40,000 nucleotides of DNA. Origin: an uncultured Acidobacteriota bacterium. GTDB lineage: Bacteria; Acidobacteriota; Terriglobia; Terriglobales; Acidobacteriaceae. The stretch covers positions 324,005 through 364,004 of the forward strand of contig CAVWJE010000001.1 in NCBI GenBank assembly GCA_963755225.1, in the 5' to 3' direction. The position numbers and the translations under genes were made by a program. Positions 1 to 9,397 of the stretch are shown in pieces (positions within the stretch are counted from its first letter, which is position 1; each line of letters starts with the position of its first letter). The notes beneath the pieces were generated by a model. The model was not told where the DNA came from. It did no database searches and saw only the letters and a program-made list of their open reading frames with translations.

Positions 1-91
1 CCTTGTCGTAGAGCACCGCGAAATTACCTCGCGCCAAGTAGAGATCGAAGCGAATCAGCATCAAGTACGCTTTCAAAATAAGAAACGACAT
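1..91 (-). CDS. partial CDS (first 30 codons; continues past window start), possible lasso-peptide B2 (transglutaminase-like) maturation protein
   Basis: ATG at 91 (complement), 50 nt downstream of the PqqD-like stop. Translates MSFLILKAYLMLIRFDLYLARGNFAVLYDK. The call rests on the expected PqqD(B1)-B2 gene order and an amphipathic N-terminal helix; catalytic residues would lie outside the window. Confidence 0.3.
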   Translation of the reverse strand, partial: MSFLILKAYLMLIRFDLYLARGNFAVLYDK

Positions 92-141
92 GGTACGCCC
101 CTCATTCACACCGCCGACTGCAACTGGTGAGCAGCTCAATC

Positions 142-525
142 CTAGGCTGCCCCAGCACAATGGCGCGATAGGTGTCTGGGTCGGACTGTTGCATCGATTC
201 CATGATCCTGGTTCCAGTTCAGGCCGCCACGCCCGGCTTCCCGCTCTTCGACGAGGTGACATTTCTTCAAGGCCTGGAGGAATTGCCGCACATCGCTCTC
301 CGCTAGCTCGCGGCCAATGCCGAACTCACGGCTGATTTGGTCGGTGATCGCTGATTCAGTGGACCCGTTCTTGAGAAGTTCGAGGATTCGTGATCCAACG
401 AAGTTCACGTTGAACATCTGGCCTTGTCGGATGTCCAACAGAATTGCCCCGTCCTGGTTGTGGGTGCTGCGTACCCTGTTAGAAACTCTGTACACTGATG
501 CCCCGTTCCTTGCTTCTCGTGACAA
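142..525 (-). CDS. PqqD-family RiPP recognition element / peptide chaperone
   Basis: 127-aa ORF. The core AILLDIRQGQMFNVNFVGSRILELLKNGSTESAITDQISREFGIGRELAESDVRQFLQALKKCHLVEE fits the PqqD pattern: beta strands followed by a helical bundle ending in ...Dv..Fl..L...glv. Confidence 0.8.
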   Translation of the reverse strand: MSREARNGASVYRVSNRVRSTHNQDGAILLDIRQGQMFNVNFVGSRILELLKNGSTESAITDQISREFGIGRELAESDVRQFLQALKKCHLVEEREAGRGGLNWNQDHGIDATVRPRHLSRHCAGAA

Positions 526-755
526 ATCGGACGCCTAGAGCGCACTGTGCCACCCTTCGCCACCTGAAAGCGAGTAAAAGGTGAAAAGGTTCGGTAAACC
601 AACATGGGCGAAGAGAAGTTGCTTAATGACTACAAGATGCGTTGCAGACTTTTTGTGTGGAGAGAATCAACGTGTCCGCTTTTTATTCAGCATTGCCGTT
701 CCTGAAGTGTCCTACGACAGGGCGGCAAGGAACTAAAGTCCACTGCAGCTTGTAT

Positions 756-2638
756 TTACAGAGAAGTTTCCCGGAGATCTTTGTTGATGGTGGAGGTTGT
801 GGAAAAAGACTGGTTGGACGGGCGACTCGCAGCAAAGTTGAGGGAATGGGGATTGCCGTCTTCAACGATCTCTCCACGGAAAAGAACAAGAAGTCTGCCG
901 AATGTAGAGAATGTTGAAGGGCGGTGCGAGATGACAATCAGTGTTGACGTTCTGAAGCTACGGCGAATGTTCCCAAGAACGACTCTCTCTGAAGAGGGAT
1001 CAAGACAGGAAGTTGCCTCATCCAATATCAAAATCCGAGGTTGCTGCAGAATCGCTCTTGCGAGGGCAAGTCGTTGGCGCTGACCACCGGAAAGTTGGCA
1101 GCCTCCGGGTCCGATCCGTTGGCGTAAGCCGTCGGGCAAGACTGCAACAAATTGCGAGAGCCCGACGCTGCGAAGGGCTTCTTGTACCTGACTGTCAGGC
1201 GCTGCCGGCCGCACAAAGCGAAGGTTGAAGCCCAATGTTCCATCAAACAGAACAGGGTCGCGCGGCAGATAGCAGACGTACTGGTGCAGATCCTTGAGTT
1301 GAATGTTCCGAATATCTACGTTTCCGATGCGAATCGATCCGGAATCGGGGTCGTAGAGTCGTGCTATGAGTTTTGCAAGAGTGCTCTTTCCGGCACCGTT
1401 CTCCCCAGCGATGGCAACCTGTTCGCCCGGCAAGATTCTGAAGGGAGGGGATGTGGAGCATGTGTTTTTGCCTTCGATACCCGAACTCGACCTCGGCAAA
1501 ATCAATCTGGGAGGGATGCTCCCGCGAGAGACAAAGGGCAGCAGGGGCATCGCTTACGCTCGGGCGTAACTCAAGCCCGGACTGCAACTGCCGGACGCTG
1601 GCGAAGGCTTTTTGTGCTTTCGCGTAGAGATCGGCGGCGCCACTGAGAGGATCAAAGAGTTGCGTAACTAAGCCATAGAAGGCCACCAACCCGCCGATAC
1701 TTAAGGTTCCTGACAGCGCCATCTCACCGCCGTAGCCAATGACAGCGCACATGGCCAAAACAACTGCCATGGAACCCCATACCGTAAACCAAACGCTGGT
1801 AGTGAATAACTTTTGCTGTGACCTGACTCCACGAGCCAGGAGACCGGAAGGCCCTTCGCTCCTGGCGTTTTTCTTGTCCCAACAGTTGTATGGGAATCAC
1901 CGAGGAAAGATGTTCCTCAAGGAACGTGCTCCAGGCCAACCGATTGCTCTGTAGAGTGTCCGCGTTGGCCGCGAGCCTTCGGCGGAAGTGCTGCCGCGCG
2001 ATCAGAAAGACTGGGATGAGAGGGAGAACGGCCAGCGTAAGCACAGGACTGAGCACGAACATAGTCACCAGCGTGAAGCTGACCGTCAGGAACATGCGCA
2101 AGATTGCCGGCAGAAGGTCGGACCCAAAATATGAAACCTCTTCGATTGGCTCTTTGAGCGGGTACATCACGCTACCTACCGGGGTGTCTTCGTAATATTC
2201 GGCCGAGAGCGTGTCGAGGCGTCCAAGTAGGCTCATTCTCAACGTGAGCGTGAGCCTTTGAGCGGCAGTCAGCATCAAGTAACTGCCCAAGCTCGTGAGT
2301 GCCATCCTGCCCTGGTAGCCGAGAAAGATCAGACCGACCGCGAATAGGAGCAATCCCATCTTTCTCTGCGGGATAATCTGATCGATGAGCCACTTGAGCA
2401 CAAGTGGCGTGAGGAGCGCCAGAAGACTACCGGCCGTGATGCAGAGGAAGCTAGCCAGGTGCCAGTGCAGAAGCGGTCGAATCTGTCTCGAAAGCCAATG
2501 GAGTTCGCTTGGTAGCCAGGGCGGCCAACCGCGTCGTTCCTGAGAGAGAGCGGACAACAGTCCCACCTGAGAACCGAGGTTAGTCAGATACGGAAAGCTT
2601 GTCCATAAAAATGAGTGAAGCGTTCGCTTTTCGCTCAA
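756..2638 (-). pseudogene. ABC exporter (fused permease + ATPase, type used for peptide/RiPP export), broken by two frameshifts as given
   Basis: One protein is carried by three overlapping minus-strand ORFs in three frames. 2638-1724 is the multi-TM ABC membrane domain; 1770-1243 holds the last TM helices and the start of the NBD. 1550-756 is the NBD, with Walker A GENGAGKST, signature LSGGQRQR, Walker B ILILDEATS and H-loop SHR. Junctions are at about 1840-1850 and 1441-1452 (C/G-rich runs). Confidence 0.85.
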
Positions 2639-2714
2639 CTACGTAGATTTTCTCTGCAAGCAGAAGGATTCGCCGACGGAACAGCGATTCCATTTGTCCG
2701 GCAAACCGACAAGA

Positions 2715-4313
2715 TCACCCAATCTTTCTCGCTACCGCGACAATTCGGCCGACGACCTCGGCATCGTGGTGGTAGCGCATATGTTCGGAACGATGGAACT
2801 GTTGGGAATACGGATGGATGACTAGATTGCCATTCTCGATGCCACAACATGCACACAAGTGTGTCCCGTCGCGCCTTAGGATCACATACACCGGCTGTTG
2901 CCATGGCGGTTTCGACGTGAAATGGATTGGCCTCTTCTCACGACGGTTCACGAGGGCGAGCAACCCGTTTGTCAGGCAAGGATGGAGGACACTATATTCG
3001 CCGCCGATCCAGAAAAAGTCGTCTAGAGAAGCGTCTTCCAGGCCAGACAATGGACCGATGGATTCCCGCAGGAAGAACGGAACTTCCTCGCATCGTTCAA
3101 GCATCTGTTCAAGGAATCCGCTCCGACTTGGCATGTCATTGTCGTCGGAGTTGTGGACTGACTCCATGTCTAAAACTCTGTGAACGAGATGATCGGGAAT
3201 CGGTTCTGTACCGGCTTCTGCCAAGACAATTCCAACCGCCTTCAGAAACACGTGAAATTGCAGGCCGTACACCGAGCAGAGAGTAATAGCCTTGTGAAGG
3301 TGGCGCGGTGGCGCGTTGAAAAGCTCGTAGTCGCAGAGTGAACTGGGAGAAACAAAATATCTTTCATCCCCAAGCAGACCTGCGATGTTGTGGCTCATTC
3401 CCGCAGCCTCCCGCAGAGACAGATGCAGCTTGGTACGTGAGGTGCGGAGGAGTTGGCCAAATTCTTTGTCCGTGACAAGCGGTCGTGGTTTCCAACGTTT
3501 TCCGAGGTCCCTTGGAACTTCCGGCTGCTCGGCCCGAAGCATAGGCCGAATTTCGAGATCCACAATGCCTAGAATCCGCGCTTCGCGCGGAACTTTCAGT
3601 TCGACTTGGGCATAAGAGAGCGACGTGCCGATCGGGACGATAACGCCCCTTTCTACAACACGCAAGCGGCAACAAAAGAGGCCCCTGTTATGTTCGATCA
3701 GAAATACTTGGGAGGAGGTTGCGCCATTTGGGTTGGGGATGCGACCGTTCGAGAACTTTGGATTCACTCGGACAATACTTCCGGGAATCAGATCGGGGAA
3801 CGCCAGGGCATCTTGGCGTCCAATCCTTGCGTACAAGAAGCCTCTATTGCCGATTTCGGACAGGAAACGAAGTCGCCTGGGGGCAGTGACTTCGAGAAGG
3901 TGGCCTAGTGGCGCGATCGGAGGCGCCGAAGCGCCGCGGGGGCGGTTTCGGAACCAAGGAATCCACCCATCAGCATCGACCAGAGAGGAATCGAGCAGCA
4001 TCGTGCGCTTTGAAGGCAGAAGGACCTGCAGTCGGGGAATGTCTTCGAGGTCACATCCGAACACGCGCAGCCAATCAAAGAACCGGTAGCCGGAGACCTG
4101 GCTGAGCGCAAAGACCTGATGAAGACTTGGGCTGAAGGTTCCCAGTCGGAGTTCATGGTACAGAGTGTGAGGAAGGAAGTAACGCGAAGAACGCCCGAAC
4201 GGCGCCGCAGATAGTAGGGAAACTTTAGAGAGGGTGAGGTGTTTGCTCCTGAGGATGGACCGGACTCGCTCTGCGAGGTCGGCGCCTCTGGCGGAATTTG
4301 GCTTGGTGCCCAC
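2715..4313 (-). CDS. 532-aa putative regulator: tandem duplication of an HTH + LexA/CI-like C-terminal beta-domain unit
   Basis: There are two HTH-like segments (ILRSKHLTLSKVS; LLRTSRTKLHLSLREAAGMSHNIA). Each is followed by a beta-rich segment ending ARILGIVDLEIR or AEVVGRIVAVARKIG. The architecture repeats that of the 263-aa neighbour at 4753-5541. Confidence 0.55.
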   Translation of the reverse strand: MGTKPNSARGADLAERVRSILRSKHLTLSKVSLLSAAPFGRSSRYFLPHTLYHELRLGTFSPSLHQVFALSQVSGYRFFDWLRVFGCDLEDIPRLQVLLPSKRTMLLDSSLVDADGWIPWFRNRPRGASAPPIAPLGHLLEVTAPRRLRFLSEIGNRGFLYARIGRQDALAFPDLIPGSIVRVNPKFSNGRIPNPNGATSSQVFLIEHNRGLFCCRLRVVERGVIVPIGTSLSYAQVELKVPREARILGIVDLEIRPMLRAEQPEVPRDLGKRWKPRPLVTDKEFGQLLRTSRTKLHLSLREAAGMSHNIAGLLGDERYFVSPSSLCDYELFNAPPRHLHKAITLCSVYGLQFHVFLKAVGIVLAEAGTEPIPDHLVHRVLDMESVHNSDDNDMPSRSGFLEQMLERCEEVPFFLRESIGPLSGLEDASLDDFFWIGGEYSVLHPCLTNGLLALVNRREKRPIHFTSKPPWQQPVYVILRRDGTHLCACCGIENGNLVIHPYSQQFHRSEHMRYHHDAEVVGRIVAVARKIG

Positions 4314-4752
4314 GGGTAAGCCTCTGGCTATGTCTTTCCCGCGAGCGTGCGTGTTTGCCCGTCAGGTGTTCCGGCAGAAATGCTCGTACGCAGACGGGTT
4401 GTCTGAAAACACACGAATTCAGGTCACGTCCAAACTGCAAGCCCGCAGAGATTTGTTCGGTATAAATGCGAGTTCGCAAACCGTCGTAAACATTGTGTAA
4501 CCTGTCCCAGATTGGGGACAGTAGGGCCCGAACCGCTGAGAAACAGGATGGGTCTGATGACCTTGGTGAGAATGCGTCGGTTTGACAGATGGCCAGAATT
4601 GAGGGCAGACCCGATGAATCCCGTCAACTACGGCCAGCAGCAAGGACTTCGACGCCAACGACGGAAATTCCGTTTTTCGCAAATGGTCTATTAAACTTGT
4701 GGATAAGGCTGAAAGTTGCGGTAACATAGCGCAACTCAAAGGTTGTAGTGCG
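4314..4752. promoter_or_regulatory. divergent intergenic/promoter region between the two HTH regulator genes
   Basis: 439 bp lie between divergently oriented starts. Inverted repeats: CTGTCCC-N6-GGGACAG at 4502-4521, and AGTTGCG-N9-CGCAACT at 4714-4736, 17 nt upstream of the ATG at 4753. No -35/-10 assignment was attempted. Confidence 0.4.
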
Positions 4753-5541
4753 ATGTTGCCCCCGACATCGGCCACGGATGCTGGTAAGCGGCTTAGAGCT
4801 GTACGGACACTCTTGCGCCTCTCGATGCGCGAAGTGGAACACCTCAGCAGGGAGATCGCCCTCAAGAAAAACGCTCCGGACTACTTCATCTCTCGTAATT
4901 GGCTAGGCGATATCGAAGCCGGAAAATTAAAACCTAATATCTACAGACTTAAGAGCTTGAATCTGATTTACAGGCTGGGTCTCGACGAAATTTTGTCGTT
5001 CTTCGGCGTTGATATAGCCGACGCCGTCACGGAACAAAAACTCGTGGGACTGCCACACACCTACTTAGTGACCCCCACGCTTGGAGGCGCGCAGAGCACA
5101 CTCATGGCCCCACTGGAACTCCGAGAAAAAGTCGACTTTGGGAGTACCAACTTGGTCTCGCGGATGTTTGAGAGTTGGGGCGAGATTCCGGTCGCGCTGC
5201 TCCAACACATGGACTGGCGGAATTCCCTTTACGGATATATCGGGATCGAAGACCGCACGCTTTACCCAATGCTGAGGCCCGGTTCGTTTGTGCAGATCGA
5301 CTCCCAGCAAACGAAGGTCCAACGTGACGGCTGGCACGACGAATTCGAGCGACCAATCTATTTTGTGGAGCTTCGAGATACGTATATGTGCAGTTGGTGC
5401 GAGGTGGACGGCAGCCAGTTGGTGCTTCTCCCCTCGGCCCAATCCGGAAAGAAGGCTAGCCATGTTCGCTACCCAGGGGACGCGGACATCGTGGGTCGTG
5501 TCACAGCAGTCACGATGTGCATTGCAGAGGTGCGCGGGTAA
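4753..5541 (+). CDS. XRE-type HTH regulator with LexA/CI-like (S24-like, apparently non-catalytic) C-terminal domain
   Basis: N-terminal GKRLRAVRTLLRLSMREVEHLSREIA...ISRNWLGDIEAGKLKPNIYRLKSLNLIYRLGLDEILSFFG is an XRE HTH pattern. The C-terminus (LRPGSFVQID...PIYFVELRDTYMCSWCEVDGSQLVLLP...DADIVGRVTAVTMCI) has LexA-like beta-domain topology. The ORF track starts at 4699 (GTG); I prefer the ATG at 4753. Confidence 0.6.
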   Translation: MLPPTSATDAGKRLRAVRTLLRLSMREVEHLSREIALKKNAPDYFISRNWLGDIEAGKLKPNIYRLKSLNLIYRLGLDEILSFFGVDIADAVTEQKLVGLPHTYLVTPTLGGAQSTLMAPLELREKVDFGSTNLVSRMFESWGEIPVALLQHMDWRNSLYGYIGIEDRTLYPMLRPGSFVQIDSQQTKVQRDGWHDEFERPIYFVELRDTYMCSWCEVDGSQLVLLPSAQSGKKASHVRYPGDADIVGRVTAVTMCIAEVRG

Positions 5542-5573
5542 TCAACCGTATAGGTCATACGTCGGTCGCGGGT

Positions 5574-5900
5574 CTAGTGCGTGGTCGCCGTTTGATCAAC
5601 AGTTCGCCTGTTCGTTCCGATGATGTGAATTTCTTTGCCGCAGATACCAGCGAACTTGATCGCCATTCCGAGGAGTCGATATTCCTCTTCCTGATAATCG
5701 GCTGCAAAGGAATCCTGATGCATGTTGACAACCGTATTGTCATGTCCCCGGCACGCCCTGGCGAAGTCTGGAAGGACCTTTTCGACAACGGCGACGAGTT
5801 TGGCTTCCTTCCTCGCAAGTTCCGTTACGTTCCCGTTCAACATAGTCAGTCCCTCGTTGCCTTTCAAATGAAAGCCGCCATCCTCAGTCGGAGCCATCAA
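5574..5900 (-). CDS. hypothetical protein (about 90-108 aa)
   Basis: The minus-strand ORF looks more protein-like than the overlapping + ORF 5517-5969. An internal start at MLNGNVTELARKEAKL (5843) is possible. No family recognised. Confidence 0.35.
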   Translation of the reverse strand: MMAPTEDGGFHLKGNEGLTMLNGNVTELARKEAKLVAVVEKVLPDFARACRGHDNTVVNMHQDSFAADYQEEEYRLLGMAIKFAGICGKEIHIIGTNRRTVDQTATTH

Positions 5901-5940
5901 GCTGGGGATGGCGGTTTCACCCCCTCAAACGCAATGGTAT

Positions 5941-6198
5941 TCAAGAAGCTGTTTTCAATTCGTATTTGATACGGCGTCTCCGGATTTGGTCAAGCTCCCT
6001 GTACAGCGCCGTGATTCTTTGGGACCGTGAGTGGTATTCCCAAAGCTGGGAAGAGGTCAGGGACGATTCGAGACGTAGGGTGTCAATCTGCAGGCGAATC
6101 AACTGTTGAACTTCGTGCCTGATGCCAGAGGCTGGGTCTGTCACCATAAAACTCTCCATACGAAATAGGCCGCGAGTCTCCTGTTGCCAGTCAGTCAC
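5941..6198 (-). CDS. hypothetical small protein (85 aa), helical/coiled-coil-like
   Basis: ORF MTDWQQETRGLFRMESFMVTDP...LYRELDQIRRRRIKYELKTAS, co-oriented with 5574-5900. No family recognised. Confidence 0.35.
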   Translation of the reverse strand: MTDWQQETRGLFRMESFMVTDPASGIRHEVQQLIRLQIDTLRLESSLTSSQLWEYHSRSQRITALYRELDQIRRRRIKYELKTAS

Positions 6199-6447
6199 GC
6201 AGCCTAAGACAACCGTACAACAGAGTTGTCGGGGGCATCATACACGACTCAATGTTGTGAAAAACCGTTCTTTCCTGCGCTTCGGTATTTTTAATCCTCC
6301 CGTCACATTCACTTGCTTTACCGTGCTTCGCTGCGTTCTGAAGTCCTGCGGTCCAACCTGGGAAGGTCGTCCGCTTGACTGGTGCGAAACTCACAGGTGT
6401 TAATGATGGCGGTTCTGAGCGACATTCTTTGCGTCAGGAGCGCATTG

Positions 6448-6861
6448 TTAGGCCCGTGATAGCGCGATGCTGGCAACATAGCAGGCCAAAGAAATACTGA
6501 TGCCTATGAAAGGCGCACCGAAAAAATAAACCTTGCAGAGCACAACAAAACCACCCAGCATTGCTAGCCCGACAACGAGCAGGAACGGTGACCGAAAGAG
6601 GAGTTGGCCGTGAGCCAATGCGAGAAAACCGAAAACCAAGCCGAACAAAATCAGTCCCATGCTGTGGCTGGCATTAAAGCCCACCCAACACCTCCACATT
6701 GTTGTTTCTTTCGTAATGACAGGTGAAATCTGGCTCATGCTGATTTGCAGCGCGGGGTCACGGGGCGTGAGCTTTGGCCCCCAGAACGTATAGACGAGGT
6801 GGACGACTCCGAGCGTGAAGATAATGCTCGCACTAAGAACCATGAGAGTTTTTGCGGCCAA
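6448..6861 (-). CDS. small integral membrane protein (about 4 TM helices)
   Basis: 137-aa ORF with four long hydrophobic segments: LMVLSASIIFTLGVVHLVY, GLILFGLVFGFLALA, FLLVVGLAMLGGFVVL and FIGISISLACYVASIAL. Confidence 0.7.
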   Translation of the reverse strand: MAAKTLMVLSASIIFTLGVVHLVYTFWGPKLTPRDPALQISMSQISPVITKETTMWRCWVGFNASHSMGLILFGLVFGFLALAHGQLLFRSPFLLVVGLAMLGGFVVLCKVYFFGAPFIGISISLACYVASIALSRA

Positions 6862-7351
6862 GGTGCTCTCCCTATTTTGTGCGCCTAACGCCCAGGTTAG
6901 GCCGCTGGACTGCGCCGAAGGCGTGACCGGTCGGCTTGAACCGTGTCTTAGAGTGGCGCATTGCTGATCCCTTTCAGTTTTGTAGCGATTTCTCTACTTG
7001 CTCGTGACGCTCCACATTGTATTCCGCATCGTTCTTTTGACGAAATACAAAGCCCGACTGGCCCTGAGGCTCTGCGTTCACCGTTTTGACGGGATAGTTG
7101 GCGATGAATCGCCTCACTCGTTGACCCTTGAAGAGGGTTTTGAGTGTAATCGCCCGCTAACGTCAACTATCTGCAAAAAGCTTTTGGAAAACCCCTTGTC
7201 ATGTGTTGTGGCACCCCGGAATGGTCATCCGGTGTTCTCCGCTGTGAATCAGTATCTATGCGGGTTTCAGAATCGCCATGCCCAAAAATGTGCCCGAAGC
7301 ACGCCTCCGGATGTACCCTGTAAGGCGTCGGAGACATTCAAGGAGGAAACA

Positions 7352-8785
7352 GTGACTCTCGCGGCGCTTCTGACGTTGTTCAGTATTCTCTTCGCCGTCT
7401 TGTCACTCGCTCGCCCTGTTGGGCGTCGATCTCTGATTTTGTTTGTTTCTGCATGGCGACTCGTCGCTGCGATTCTCCTCTCGATAGCCTTTATTGTCTG
7501 TCGCGATGCTCCGTTTGGCGTGCGTCCGCCTTTTGGCTGGCCGCTTTCCACTGTAATGTTCGGTCTCACCTTCGGGGCTTTCCTGATCCCGGTTCTGGCA
7601 GGACTGTCGGTCCTTGCTTCTTGGTATCGGGCAAAGCTAACAGGTGGAAGGCTCTTACGTGTAGATGATGTCTTCAGGGCAGCACTTCGGGAGTGTGAAT
7701 TTGACGAGGTGGAAAGAATTGTTAGAAAAAATGAGAAACGGCTCAACCGGTTGCCCGCCACTGCCGCCTCTGTGCTGTTCGATCCGGCGATGGTCGCGGC
7801 CCTAGTCGCCTCGCACTCATTGATTCACCTCGAATTGCTGGCGAACATGCAGTTTCTCAAGTCGCTTGAAAACCGTCACGGCGCGGTAGACGTGGTTGTT
7901 CGCGAGTTGCTCCGCTCAGACGCGTCGCCTCTGCGGTCGGCTGTCGTCTCAAGATATGGCGGATTGGAACACTTGAGGTACCTTGGGCCAGAACGGACGT
8001 TAATGGATAAGACTTTCCAGAACCCTGAGTGGTATTTCGAGGCGAACGCTCACTACCCGCTCGTTATATCGGCTGTGGAAACCTTGCGCAGTGGCAAACT
8101 TGATGCCGACTACAACGACGTGGGTACGGACTACGAAGCAAGCCAAGGAACGAGCCAACGGGCGCATTGCCCTATTTATCTCGCGGTTAAGACCGAAGTG
8201 CTTGCGATCGAGGCCGCTCTTGAAGCGCGGGTCGAGAAGGATTTTTATGTCAGCGATCTATTCCACATATTCCGCGCTGTGCAGCAACGGTCACGGTTCA
8301 ACAAGAGCATTTGGCAAAGCCAGTTCAGCAGCCCTGCGTTTCCTACGCCCTACGCCTATCTGTTGTACGCGATTACAGGGGACCTTGAGCATTTGTCATC
8401 GAAGGCTATCCAAAAAACACCCCAAGCTGAAGCTCCCGGCGAGGTTGCAACGGTTCTGGCGAGGATGTGGTCATTCTGCGTCTGGAGCATTGCTGACTCA
8501 CAAAGCCAGGTGGGGACCGAGTTCCGCGATGACATCATTGAGCAGTACTTGGTGTTCATTCTAAAACTAGGTTGGGAGCCGACGGAGATCCATTTTGATC
8601 TAGGATCAAACGTTCCGGGTCTGAATGTCTGGCGTGACCTATTCTTGAAGCAACTAAAAGCTAGGTTCTTGATGAGCGATTCTGCCCGACTGACGGTACT
8701 TAAAGAGGCCATGAAATCCCTGGATCACGGAAAGGGCTACGTCTTCAAAGGTTCCACATGGCTTGAGGAAAAACTCTTCGTGTGA
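7352..8785 (+). CDS. membrane-anchored hypothetical protein (477 aa)
   Basis: The in-frame GTG at 7352 is preceded by AGGAGG (7341-7346); the ORF-track start at 6998 has no RBS. N-terminal TM helices (LAALLTLFSILFAVLSLA, LVAAILLSIAFIV, VMFGLTFGAFLIPVLAGLSVLA) precede a large, apparently helical soluble domain. No family recognised. Confidence 0.55.
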   Translation: MTLAALLTLFSILFAVLSLARPVGRRSLILFVSAWRLVAAILLSIAFIVCRDAPFGVRPPFGWPLSTVMFGLTFGAFLIPVLAGLSVLASWYRAKLTGGRLLRVDDVFRAALRECEFDEVERIVRKNEKRLNRLPATAASVLFDPAMVAALVASHSLIHLELLANMQFLKSLENRHGAVDVVVRELLRSDASPLRSAVVSRYGGLEHLRYLGPERTLMDKTFQNPEWYFEANAHYPLVISAVETLRSGKLDADYNDVGTDYEASQGTSQRAHCPIYLAVKTEVLAIEAALEARVEKDFYVSDLFHIFRAVQQRSRFNKSIWQSQFSSPAFPTPYAYLLYAITGDLEHLSSKAIQKTPQAEAPGEVATVLARMWSFCVWSIADSQSQVGTEFRDDIIEQYLVFILKLGWEPTEIHFDLGSNVPGLNVWRDLFLKQLKARFLMSDSARLTVLKEAMKSLDHGKGYVFKGSTWLEEKLFV

Positions 8786-8991
8786 GTCAAATTGGTGCGT
8801 CGGACTGCTGATCCGCCGTGCTTTAGTTGCTGGACAGTCGAAAGGGTGGTTCTCGCGTGGCGTCTCCAGCGGTGTTCGAAGAATAGCTGTCGTAACATCC
8901 CCATGTCACTCAGCGACGGAGGTTCTGAGCGCTAATGCCTGGTCGCGACATCCCTGAGTGTTCTGAACACAATGACACCGAAGGAGTCAAG

Positions 8992-9294
8992 ATGATCACC
9001 CGAATCTGGCACGGCGCAACCACCGCAGTCAAAAGCGATGAGTACCTAAACCTGATGCGAACCGTCGCCATCCCCGATTACCGCTCAATTCCTGGCAACA
9101 AGGGTGCTTATGCGCTACGTCGTATCGAGGGCGATACCGCACATTTTTGGATGGTCACGTTCTGGGAATCTGAGGTGTCGATCCGCGCCTTCGCCGGAGA
9201 CGACATCAGCGTGGCGAAATACTACGACTTCGACAAGGATTTCCTGCTCGAACTGGAGCCGTGCTCCATACATTACGAGATGTACGAACGGTAA
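8992..9294 (+). CDS. ABM/Dabb-fold (antibiotic biosynthesis monooxygenase-like) small protein
   Basis: The ATG at 8992 is preceded by AAGGAG (8981-8986). The 100-aa product MITRIWHGATTAVKSDEYLNLMRTVAIPDYRSIPGNKGAYALRRIEGDTAHFWMVTFWESEVSIRAFAG fits the ferredoxin-like ABM pattern. Confidence 0.55.
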   Translation: MITRIWHGATTAVKSDEYLNLMRTVAIPDYRSIPGNKGAYALRRIEGDTAHFWMVTFWESEVSIRAFAGDDISVAKYYDFDKDFLLELEPCSIHYEMYER

Positions 9295-9397
9295 ACCCAC
9301 ATGCAGAATTCGGGGTTCTGAACGCTAACTGATTTTGACAGCCAGTCGTATAAGCTGAAACGTTTTCATTCGGACTACGGTCGAGAAGCGACATAGG

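Noticed and set aside
526-755. Search for a lasso/RiPP precursor peptide gene between the ABC exporter and PqqD
   Set aside because: The minus strand offers only MLNKKRTR-stop and the 66-aa ORF 405-605, which overlaps PqqD out of frame. Neither has a leader/core-like pattern, and no RBS is evident.
4419-4865. 148-aa minus-strand ORF spanning the divergent regulator promoter region
   Set aside because: It overlaps the start of the + strand HTH gene, has no recognisable domain, and would leave no promoter space for either regulator.
6883-6902. Hairpin GCCTAAC-N6-GTTAGGC as a terminator
   Set aside because: No U-tract follows it on either strand, and no upstream gene ends there. It lies in the 5' region of the membrane-protein gene, and its significance is unclear.
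8921-9328. Interpreting the GGTTCTGA repeats as integron attC / cassette boundaries
   Set aside because: The core does not fit the GTTRRRY integron core-site consensus. No attC-like imperfect palindrome pair or integrase is present.
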